From a virus (lineage: Duplodnaviria; Caudoviricetes), in IMG/VR virus record IMGVR_UViG_3300033067_001435, positions 2,744 through 66,743 of that record: 64,000 bases of DNA, one strand, 5' to 3'. The notes beneath the pieces were generated by a model that did not search any database, was not told the origin of the DNA, and saw nothing but the letters and a program-made list of their open reading frames with translations. Positions 57,217 through 64,000 of this stretch are shown here, piece after piece (position 1 is the stretch's first letter; the number at the start of each line of letters is the position of its first letter). A program made the translations under genes and the position numbers.

Positions 57217-57969
57217 TTACCAAGTATCAATACCATCATTGGTTTTAAAAACAATTCGATCTTCAAAGAGCCAAAAACTAACAGTTCTATTTTTTTGATG
57301 ATCTTCAAACCCTATAACCTTTGCATCATTACCATGATGGTTAATGTGATAGTGAGTAGCCGAGTATTTGTAGATGGTATGATCGTGGGTAGTATCAATC
57401 CTATTATAAAGTTCATCTACCTTATAAGCAGGAACACCGAATAACTCAGTTAAATGCTTTGCAGTTTCACCCCAAATATCATCATCAAATGAAATTAACT
57501 CAGTGTCAAAAACAAAAAAATCTCGTTCATCGTATATACCCGGCCTAAGTTCATTATACCTGTTAAAATACATATTTGAATAATCTAAGGTTAGAGAATC
57601 ATCTGTAAGGATAGTCCTAATATCAACCTCAAATAATTCATTGTATTTGTATTTACACAATAATGATTTAAAATCAGTTACAAGATTTATAGTATTAACA
57701 CCATCAGTATTATCCCGGTTTGTCGTTTGCCTGCGAATTTTGCCATCTTTTTCAGTAAACCTTTTCGCCCAATCAGCAAATAATCCATAGAAATATTCAC
57801 CAGTTGAATCTATGATCTTCTTATATTTGTCTGATAACAGAAGTGAATGTTGTACATCACAAATATACTGGGTTTTTGTTTGACGAGTTATTCGGCGAAG
57901 CCAATTAGATTGAAACCCTTCGTTATGAATCCACTGAGTGTGGAGATATTTACCAACTAAATTTTCCAT
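57217..57969 (-). CDS. Hypothetical protein
   Basis: 250 aa. Confidence 0.6.
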   Translation of the reverse strand: MENLVGKYLHTQWIHNEGFQSNWLRRITRQTKTQYICDVQHSLLLSDKYKKIIDSTGEYFYGLFADWAKRFTEKDGKIRRQTTNRDNTDGVNTINLVTDFKSLLCKYKYNELFEVDIRTILTDDSLTLDYSNMYFNRYNELRPGIYDERDFFVFDTELISFDDDIWGETAKHLTELFGVPAYKVDELYNRIDTTHDHTIYKYSATHYHINHHGNDAKVIGFEDHQKNRTVSFWLFEDRIVFKTNDGIDTW

Positions 57970-57988
57970 GTTTTATTGTTTTGAATGT

Positions 57989-58309
57989 TTACCAGCACAT
58001 GTAATCACAACGGAGTATAATATCTCCATTATCATCAGAGTCGGATTTTGAAACACTTCCTGCACCCATAACGTATTCTATCCAATAGAAAACATCTGCC
58101 AATTGCTTGTTTTCAATGATAGAATGTGGCACTCGCATAGTTACAGACTTGTAAGGGATTTCATCCTTAAAGTAAGGACAGTCGTCTTGACTTCTGCCAA
58201 TTATCATCCCATTATTTCCTTGTATATATGCACCCCACACATCTTCTTTAGTAAGGGTAATTGCAACTGGGTAGCGAGGTTCGGAGATTTGAAAAGTGAT
58301 GTTTTCCAT
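57989..58309 (-). CDS. Hypothetical protein
   Basis: 106 aa, first after promoter. Confidence 0.6.
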   Translation of the reverse strand: MENITFQISEPRYPVAITLTKEDVWGAYIQGNNGMIIGRSQDDCPYFKDEIPYKSVTMRVPHSIIENKQLADVFYWIEYVMGAGSVSKSDSDDNGDIILRCDYMCW

Positions 58310-58364
58310 GAGAAGTCTTGTTTTAAATGTTTGACTGTTTGATCCCCTTGTGGGTTTGATAGAA

Positions 58365-58415
58365 CAAAGATACTAACCTTTTAACCTTTGTCAAGTCCGT
58401 TAGGAACTTATTAAC
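58365..58415 (-). promoter_or_regulatory. Early promoter cassette
   Basis: GTTAATAAGTTCCTAA, TTGACA-N16-TATCTTTG. Confidence 0.85.
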
Positions 58416-58442
58416 AAAAATGGCCAACATTGCTGTCAGCCA
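58416..58442 (-). terminator. Intrinsic terminator
   Basis: TGGCTGACA-GCAA-TGTTGGCCA then TTTTT. Confidence 0.75.
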
Positions 58443-58472
58443 TTCCCATTAAACCAAATATATGTCAAACGT

Positions 58473-59300
58473 TCAATAATTGAAATTTTTTGGATTCAGA
58501 TTTGTCCTTAAAAATGCTCCAAAATCTTCCCGATATTCGAAGTTAAAATCCATCGCAAAGGACAATTCATCAGTGAGTTCATTTAACTTATTTTTCCAGT
58601 TATTAAATGCTGTCAAAACAGCAGGATCATATAACCCAGCATTTTGAAATCGTTCAGTCAATTGAGTAGAAAGGTTCAACCATGATTTAATGCTTGGGCG
58701 ATCAAAGAACAACTGAATGCTTTCATCAAGTGTAATAGTATTGTTCAATTTGGCTTGCTGTCCAGAGATTCGAAGCCTTAATTTTTCCTCATTTTGGATG
58801 AATGCGTCCAGTACTTCTTTGCAACGTTGCACTCGTTCTGGTCGTGTTAGATCATCCCAATCATAAGCATTCAATGTTCTCGCATATGCACTAAATGCAG
58901 TATTTTCGAATACATTGTTTAAGTCTGTGATGTATTGAAGAACTACATTTTTAGTGAAATTTTCTCCATTATAATCCTTGTGGAGGGCTTCGAAAATCTC
59001 ATTGAATTTCTTTAGTTTGCTCATTGGTTCAGGTTTTGTTTCGATGATAGGTTCACTGTTTACTGGTTTTCCAGTAGATTTTTCTTTACACAATTCTAAG
59101 ATTGCATTGGTGATTGAGTTATTCTCTCGCCGAATTTCTTCATTAGAAGAACCTCCATTCCATTCAGCACGTTTATTTGCAGAATAACGTGACTTCAATA
59201 GAAGTACATCATTTGCATGATATGGTTCAATTATTTGTTCGAGTCGATCCAATGCTGTTTCAATGCGACCTTGACTCAGAAATTCTCTTACTATTTGCAT
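58473..59300 (-). CDS. Protein with N-terminal EAD11-like effector-associated domain
   Basis: IVREFLSQGRIETALDRL...DVLLLKSRY...G.SS.EEIRRENNSITNAILEL; helical C-domain. Confidence 0.65.
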   Translation of the reverse strand: MQIVREFLSQGRIETALDRLEQIIEPYHANDVLLLKSRYSANKRAEWNGGSSNEEIRRENNSITNAILELCKEKSTGKPVNSEPIIETKPEPMSKLKKFNEIFEALHKDYNGENFTKNVVLQYITDLNNVFENTAFSAYARTLNAYDWDDLTRPERVQRCKEVLDAFIQNEEKLRLRISGQQAKLNNTITLDESIQLFFDRPSIKSWLNLSTQLTERFQNAGLYDPAVLTAFNNWKNKLNELTDELSFAMDFNFEYREDFGAFLRTNLNPKNFNY

Positions 59301-59308
59301 AATTTTAT

Positions 59309-59779
59309 TTAGGTTAAAATTCTGGTGATTGATGGTGAAATGTTTATCATTCCAAACCGATCTATTAATTTAGACCTAAATTCGGAATATTCAAGTATTG
59401 TATCTTCTACTTTTTTATCTAACTCTTTTGGAGACATGATCCAAGTTATGGTATCATTATCATCAGTTATGAAACTGTCAGTTGGGTCTAACTCATCAGT
59501 TTCAGTATTGTATATTGAAATATTTATATACCCTTCATCTGTACCAAATGTAACAGTTTGATGGAACACATTCATTTCACTGATTAAACCTTGAATGAAT
59601 TCCAAGTCGAGATGTTTAACCTGCCGTCTAAGTGGTTGTCCGCATTGAATGCAAAACAATGCATTAGGACCATATTCTAAATTTGGATGATTTTTACAAC
59701 CAAAATATTCTACAGTTGCTTCTGGTTTATCTGGTACTTGAATTAGTACACTCTTATATAAATAAATTGATCTTGACAT
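59309..59779 (-). CDS. Hypothetical protein with zinc ribbon
   Basis: GCKNHP...FCIQCGQPL. Confidence 0.6.
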   Translation of the reverse strand: MSRSIYLYKSVLIQVPDKPEATVEYFGCKNHPNLEYGPNALFCIQCGQPLRRQVKHLDLEFIQGLISEMNVFHQTVTFGTDEGYINISIYNTETDELDPTDSFITDDNDTITWIMSPKELDKKVEDTILEYSEFRSKLIDRFGMINISPSITRILT

Positions 59780-59780
59780 A

Positions 59781-60008
59781 TTATTTCAGCCAGTTTAGGA
59801 ATCTCATAACGAAATCCAGTTTTTCTTTTTTGAAGGTTTTATTTTTTGGATTGAATATATAACCATTAATTTTAATCAACCCATTAACTACTACAAGGTA
59901 ATTTGATTTTGATTTAACATAATCTGGTAACTCAGTTCGTACACCATCTACTTCAATGTAGTTGTCTTCCTGATTAATGGTATGACCATTCTGTGTTATT
60001 TTGTTCAT
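59781..60008 (-). CDS. Hypothetical protein
   Basis: 75 aa. Confidence 0.55.
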   Translation of the reverse strand: MNKITQNGHTINQEDNYIEVDGVRTELPDYVKSKSNYLVVVNGLIKINGYIFNPKNKTFKKEKLDFVMRFLNWLK

Positions 60009-60010
60009 AA

Positions 60011-60241
60011 TTAATTGTGGCTTTTTGAAAATACAAGCATTAATGACAATAGTTGTTGTGGTGTAACTGATATAACTCCTGTATCATAAACTTTTTCAAA
60101 GGTGTCATCATCTGTCAGATAAGCATACATCTGAATTTGATTGTTTTCAAAAAAGGTTATCCAGTGGGTTATGGTATTGGATAAACGGACATGACCGTAA
60201 CCTTTAGGTTTATATCCAAATTGAGTTATAGACTTTTGCAT
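60011..60241 (-). CDS. Hypothetical protein
   Basis: 76 aa. Confidence 0.55.
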   Translation of the reverse strand: MQKSITQFGYKPKGYGHVRLSNTITHWITFFENNQIQMYAYLTDDDTFEKVYDTGVISVTPQQLLSLMLVFSKSHN

Positions 60242-60384
60242 ACAAATATTAATAATGTTAATAACAATAATAGTAGAGTTATAACCAAAGGAAGACTTCT
60301 ATTTGGTTCTGTTTTAACAGAAGGTAATTTCTTCTTTAATCTACCTTCTGTATGAGTTTGATATTTGTATCTAAACCTGCCCAT
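60226..60384 (-). CDS. Small tail-anchored membrane protein (52 aa)
   Basis: Hand-translated; basic N-terminus, C-terminal LVITLLLLLLTLLIFV. Confidence 0.5.
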   Translation of the reverse strand: MGRFRYKYQTHTEGRLKKKLPSVKTEPNRSLPLVITLLLLLLTLLIFVCKSL

Positions 60385-60390
60385 TTAACA

Positions 60391-60954
60391 TTAAGGTTTT
60401 ACCCAATCAGGTTTAAAGTAATACAAGGCTTCACGATTGTCGTACTCAGCAGGTTCAAAGGTGACATTGCTAACATCAATCTTAACTTCTTTCTTGATGC
60501 GTTTCAATGCATCCTTTTCAGTTTTAGCAAAGAGTGAACCTTGACGTTTCCCATCAATGAACCAAATGAATCGCTTTGTTGCCGGATCATTGTAGTACCC
60601 ACATGATATTGGGTCATAGAAGATAACTTCAAGGTTTTGAGTGTTCAAAAAACGAACAAAGGAATTTGGAGTGTCTTCATAAAGGTTCAACGAAACGTAA
60701 TCTTGATGTTTGCGCATGAACTTTGCAATCAACTCAATGACTTCTAGTCTTGAAGATTGAATTTGAAAAGTTGCACCACGAAAATCCTTTTCATCACCAG
60801 CCTTTAAAAATTCAACAGTGCAAGAACTAGCAGCAACAGAACTGTCCAGATAACCTTTCCGGCTAAAAATAATGTCCATTGGAAGGGATGTAGCCCATTC
60901 GTATTTTTTACGAGGTTCGTAAACACGGACTCCAAGAATCTTTAAATCTGACAT
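60391..60954 (-). CDS. Hypothetical protein
   Basis: Start moved to MSDLK. Confidence 0.6.
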   Translation of the reverse strand: MSDLKILGVRVYEPRKKYEWATSLPMDIIFSRKGYLDSSVAASSCTVEFLKAGDEKDFRGATFQIQSSRLEVIELIAKFMRKHQDYVSLNLYEDTPNSFVRFLNTQNLEVIFYDPISCGYYNDPATKRFIWFIDGKRQGSLFAKTEKDALKRIKKEVKIDVSNVTFEPAEYDNREALYYFKPDWVKP

Positions 60955-61001
60955 AGGAAAAGAATTTAGTGTGTGATTGAATTCCTTGCGGATTAACAAA
61001 A

Positions 61002-61052
61002 CAAAGATACAAACAAATTAACCATTGTCAAGTTCATTGGGAACTTATTAAC
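61002..61052 (-). promoter_or_regulatory. Early promoter cassette
   Basis: GTTAATAAGTTCCCAA, TTGACA-N16-TATCTTTG. Confidence 0.85.
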
Positions 61053-61055
61053 ACA

Positions 61056-61295
61056 TTAAATTATGTGGCTCCAAGAGATTAAGTAGTATGAATCATTTCG
61101 GTCTTCTTCACTTTTTACAACAAAACCATCAAACTATAACCTTTTAATTGAGTTAGGAGTCAAATAATGTGTATATGTTGTATAGTTCCCTGCTTTACAG
61201 GCATGTTTTATTTTAAGATAAGCATCCTCTAAATCAGGAGTTATCATAGTAGAGATTGTATTTGTTGTTATTTTATTTGCTTCCTTAGCAGTCAT
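61056..61295 (-). pseudogene. Small phage gene with in-frame TAG at codon 54 (nonsense allele or readthrough)
   Basis: MTAKEANK...IKHACKAG...IKRL*FDGFVV...YYLISWSHII; TAG at 61134-61136. Confidence 0.55.
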
Positions 61296-61311
61296 ATCAT
61301 TGTAGTTTTAA

Positions 61312-61425
61312 TTATTTAAAAAGGAGGGATAGTAGACCAATAGCACCATATATCAGCAATAGTAGTCCTATTAATGTTAATAGTGACATTAGCATTTCAA
61401 CTAATGGATTGTAGTTTTTACGCAT
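61312..61425 (-). CDS. Small single-TM protein (37 aa)
   Basis: Hand-translated MRKNYNPLVEMLMSLLTLIGLLLLIYG... Confidence 0.45.
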   Translation of the reverse strand: MRKNYNPLVEMLMSLLTLIGLLLLIYGAIGLLSLLFK

Positions 61426-61435
61426 TTTAAGTTAT

Positions 61436-61723
61436 TTAATCTTCGAAATTGTCTTTATCTTTGTTTCGCCCCGATACAATTAAAACAAGGAGTACAATTG
61501 GCCAAATTGACATAGTCAATACCATTGTTCTCATTACATCAAAATATCGGGCCGGAGTCATTATCCTGTAAGACGGCATTCGCATATTAGCATAAACCAA
61601 ATACACAACAAAGCCAATAGTATACCACCACAACATAAACTCATAGGTAATTGGAGTGAAATTTGCTATCAGCAAGATTATTACGCCAACTACAATAAAA
61701 GCCTGAAAAATAGATTTAGTCAT
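61436..61723 (-). CDS. Three-TM membrane protein
   Basis: Hydrophobic helices. Confidence 0.6.
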   Translation of the reverse strand: MTKSIFQAFIVVGVIILLIANFTPITYEFMLWWYTIGFVVYLVYANMRMPSYRIMTPARYFDVMRTMVLTMSIWPIVLLVLIVSGRNKDKDNFED

Positions 61724-62018
61724 TTTTGAGTGATTTTAATTGTTGATAATTATATTCAGCCCAAACCTTATAATCTTTCAGTTTAGAAAGACCAAAAGGT
61801 TCGTTAATTTGATAGATCATGTTTCTGTCAGCCATTTTCTTTGTACCAGTTCTCTTAATGGTCAACTTACCTTTAATAATTTCGGCATATATTTCAAAGT
61901 CAATTATTAATTCATCAGACTCACTAACCACTTTACCATAATAAGCCCTAAACAATGGACCAAACTCAGAGGTATCTGGCAGATAGTAAATGACTGTTAT
62001 GAAATCACCTTTTTCCAT
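61716..62018 (-). CDS. Hypothetical protein
   Basis: Start moved to MEKGD. Confidence 0.55.
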   Translation of the reverse strand: MEKGDFITVIYYLPDTSEFGPLFRAYYGKVVSESDELIIDFEIYAEIIKGKLTIKRTGTKKMADRNMIYQINEPFGLSKLKDYKVWAEYNYQQLKSLKND

Positions 62019-62020
62019 GT

Positions 62021-62185
62021 TTACCAAGTTTGATAAAGTTTACCATCAAGTGTTTCGTTGGTTGGTGTAATCACCTTCCAGTTCCAAGGAATATTACAGA
62101 GGTTTTGAAACCACATCTTACACTCAAGAAGAGTATAACAAGTTTTTACTGTAATTGATTCAGACTTACTTTGAATTTGATACAT
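62021..62185 (-). CDS. Small hypothetical protein (54 aa)
   Basis: Hand-translated MYQIQSKSES... Confidence 0.45.
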   Translation of the reverse strand: MYQIQSKSESITVKTCYTLLECKMWFQNLCNIPWNWKVITPTNETLDGKLYQTW

Positions 62186-62192
62186 GATCTTA

Positions 62193-62669
62193 TTATTTTG
62201 TCAACAAAGTTTCAATCAAGTCTTTGCTGAGATGCATGATAACCTTATTGGAATACTGAGTTCCATAAAGTGCAACTCTTGGATCAATGTGATATTCGTT
62301 ACAGAGACCAATAATTGTGTTTATTATTGTGGTTTGTTCTTGCTCATCATAAGGAATAGTAACATATCCTAAACGGTTGTATTTACTACTCCATTCATAA
62401 GGGAGTTTGAAAGCAATTTCGTTTACTCGATTACCTTGTTCTATCAAGAACGTTTTCTGCAAACTGGCATTTGTAGTGTTTTTTACTTTTTTGCCGCCAA
62501 TAACATATCGCATTGCTTTTGCAGCACAATCAACACCAAAATAAGTAACAAGACCATCAGTAAGACATTCAAGAGCAACAGTTCTTTTAAGTCCTTTTCG
62601 GCCACAGCACTCACATTCTTCTTTTTCAGAAATGCCAAGAAATTTATATAATTTTTCTGCTTGTTCCAT
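62193..62669 (-). CDS. Zinc-binding hypothetical protein
   Basis: CECCGRKGL...YFGVDCA; start moved to MEQAE (ORF-track start crosses promoter). Confidence 0.6.
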   Translation of the reverse strand: MEQAEKLYKFLGISEKEECECCGRKGLKRTVALECLTDGLVTYFGVDCAAKAMRYVIGGKKVKNTTNASLQKTFLIEQGNRVNEIAFKLPYEWSSKYNRLGYVTIPYDEQEQTTIINTIIGLCNEYHIDPRVALYGTQYSNKVIMHLSKDLIETLLTK

Positions 62670-62702
62670 GTGATGTATTGTTTTTAAACAATTTTGATAG
62701 AA

Positions 62703-62753
62703 CAAAGATACGAACCTTTTAACCTTTGTCAAGTCTATTAGGAATTTATTAAC
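62703..62753 (-). promoter_or_regulatory. Early promoter cassette
   Basis: GTTAATAAATTCCTAA, TTGACA-N16-TATCTTTG. Confidence 0.85.
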
Positions 62754-62758
62754 ACAAT

Positions 62759-62971
62759 TTAGAGGATGTTTACAATACCTTTCACAATATCGTGAATTTC
62801 CCAATTTGAGTTATCATTGATTCGATCAATGAAGTGTGGTGGTGGAGTAAGGTCATCACAACATTTAGTTATAAGTTCAATTAAAATGGTCCTTGCTTCT
62901 TCTATTGATTCAGCAAAAATCATTTCAAAATTTAACTCAAGGTTCGATTGATGATAGATGAATAGTTTCAT
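62759..62971 (-). CDS. Hypothetical protein
   Basis: 70 aa. Confidence 0.55.
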   Translation of the reverse strand: MKLFIYHQSNLELNFEMIFAESIEEARTILIELITKCCDDLTPPPHFIDRINDNSNWEIHDIVKGIVNIL

Positions 62972-63195
62972 AGTCTATTATATTCCTCCACAGCACTATT
63001 GTAATCAGAAACAGAGAAAACCCTATTAAAGGTTCGAACCTCAAAGAATGTATAGGCAGTTCCTTCATAATCAAGTTTGGTTACAACATAAAAATACTTA
63101 TAATCCCCAAACTCTTCAATACAGTGTTCTGAAATAGTAGTTAACAATGGAGTGTTTTCGTTAACTGTAAAAGGTTTAATATTTTGATTGTTCAT
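62968..63195 (-). CDS. Hypothetical protein
   Basis: 75 aa, ATGA overlaps. Confidence 0.55.
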   Translation of the reverse strand: MNNQNIKPFTVNENTPLLTTISEHCIEEFGDYKYFYVVTKLDYEGTAYTFFEVRTFNRVFSVSDYNSAVEEYNRL

Positions 63196-63437
63196 CGCTT
63201 TAGAAATGTATATTCATTAATAGTTGTATCAGCCTCTGTCAAAAAGAACCCTTCATCAAATAAGGTTCTATTCACTCGAATCGCTGTAAATTTACTGTAG
63301 TCTGTATACCGAATGACAATCTCATGTATTTCCTTACTTGGATCATATACAGCAGCATTACCACATGTAGCACTTACAAATATACGACCTTGATTAAGGT
63401 TCTGATGAGATAAGATTTTATCAATTATATTAGCCAT
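63192..63437 (-). CDS. Hypothetical protein
   Basis: 81 aa. Confidence 0.55.
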   Translation of the reverse strand: MANIIDKILSHQNLNQGRIFVSATCGNAAVYDPSKEIHEIVIRYTDYSKFTAIRVNRTLFDEGFFLTEADTTINEYTFLKR

Positions 63438-63448
63438 AATGTTAAAGT

Positions 63449-63670
63449 TTAAGAAAATACATTGTTTAGGTTTATAATGTTGGTGATACCATAACCAGTA
63501 TATGTGTATTCAACATTATTTATATACTCAAGTACACACTTAGATACTCTATCTAAGTCTTCCACTGGATCACCTGATGGTTTGAAATTACTAATTCGAA
63601 TATTTGCATATGATACGATCTGACCAAAATTAAAAACATTGAAGGTCACGTAAAGACAGATTTCTTTCAT
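63449..63670 (-). CDS. Hypothetical protein
   Basis: 73 aa. Confidence 0.55.
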   Translation of the reverse strand: MKEICLYVTFNVFNFGQIVSYANIRISNFKPSGDPVEDLDRVSKCVLEYINNVEYTYTGYGITNIINLNNVFS

Positions 63671-63673
63671 AGT

Positions 63674-63853
63674 TTATTTTTTAAATGCAAGTAAGGTTAC
63701 AAGTGTGATAATGAAAAGGTCCAACCAGATGAACATTGTTCGACCTTCAAGGTTATCCCAATATATTACTGTAAAGATGAGGGAAAGCAATAACCAAATG
63801 AACACAGTCGATTCAATTAATACTTTCCACCATCGCATTAAGAATGATTTCAT
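63674..63853 (-). CDS. Small two-TM membrane protein (59 aa)
   Basis: Hand-translated MKSFLMRWWKVLIESTVFIWLLL... Confidence 0.5.
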   Translation of the reverse strand: MKSFLMRWWKVLIESTVFIWLLLSLIFTVIYWDNLEGRTMFIWLDLFIITLVTLLAFKK

Positions 63854-63859
63854 AGTTTT

Positions 63860-64000
63860 TTATTTTACGAGATAACGAAAGTGGGGACATTGAATTGGTC
63901 CCCAAGCAAGGATGGTGAATGCGCGAACAATTTTATTTCCATCAGTAATGATAGTCTCAAAATTGAAATCAAGTCTGGTAGACTTCAAGGTTAAGTTATT
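63860..64000 (-). CDS. Hypothetical protein (5'-partial)
   Basis: Open frame from edge ...TILAWGPIQCPHFRYLVK*. Confidence 0.5.
   Translation of the reverse strand, partial: NNLTLKSTRLDFNFETIITDGNKIVRAFTILAWGPIQCPHFRYLVK

Noticed and set aside
57112-57223. N-terminal extensions given by the ORF track (also 4499-4544, 36546-36567, 52274-52346, 62669-62804)
   Set aside because: They run through promoter elements; downstream ATGs fit better.
1251-62651. All + strand ORFs in the track (e.g. 1251-1568, 14876-15268, 55584-55916)
   Set aside because: Antisense shadows of well-supported minus-strand genes; no motifs and no + strand promoters.
49774-62753. CRISPR-like or tandem repeat array
   Set aside because: Copies are dispersed at irregular multi-kb spacing, each upstream of a gene and containing promoter elements; no cas genes.
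1-64000. tRNA genes
   Set aside because: No cloverleaf or T-arm pattern seen in the few intergenic gaps; tRNAscan-SE would be decisive.
1-64000. Genome-wide alternative genetic code
   Set aside because: Long late genes (up to 1246 aa) are intact under code 11; only one internal TAG was found.

Overview
A 64-kb, AT-rich segment of a large lytic T4-like (contractile-tail) phage, most likely infecting Bacteroidota. At least 16 promoters carry the Bacteroidota sigma-70 -7 box TAnnTT(T)G. Every credible gene is on the minus strand. By coordinate: (1) 1-4.5 kb, replication/recombination genes: a fused Mre11-Rad50 (SbcD-SbcC), a SLOG protein and a primase. (2) 4.5-33.5 kb, a neck/tail/baseplate module (gp14-, gp15-, gp6-, gp25- and gp5-like; LamG and DNRLRE proteins). 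It is interleaved with small proteins carrying a shared MKLKxIxE leader (three are protein-kinase-like) and with free-standing HNH/GIY-YIG endonucleases. It also holds an ORF-less 252-nt group I intron (16443-16694) that splits a virion gene and sits 55 bp from an HNH gene. (3) 33.5-42.4 kb, a sigma factor, HD hydrolase, methyltransferase and endolysin. (4) 42.4-64 kb, an early region of short ORFs driven by a repeated promoter cassette. It includes a tRNA/RNA-repair set (Thg1, CCA enzyme, Rnl1, two phosphatases) and candidate anti-defence proteins (EAD11-like, DUF262, DUF932, Tad2-like). I saw no tRNA, rRNA or CRISPR array. All family calls come from motifs recognised by eye, not from database searches.
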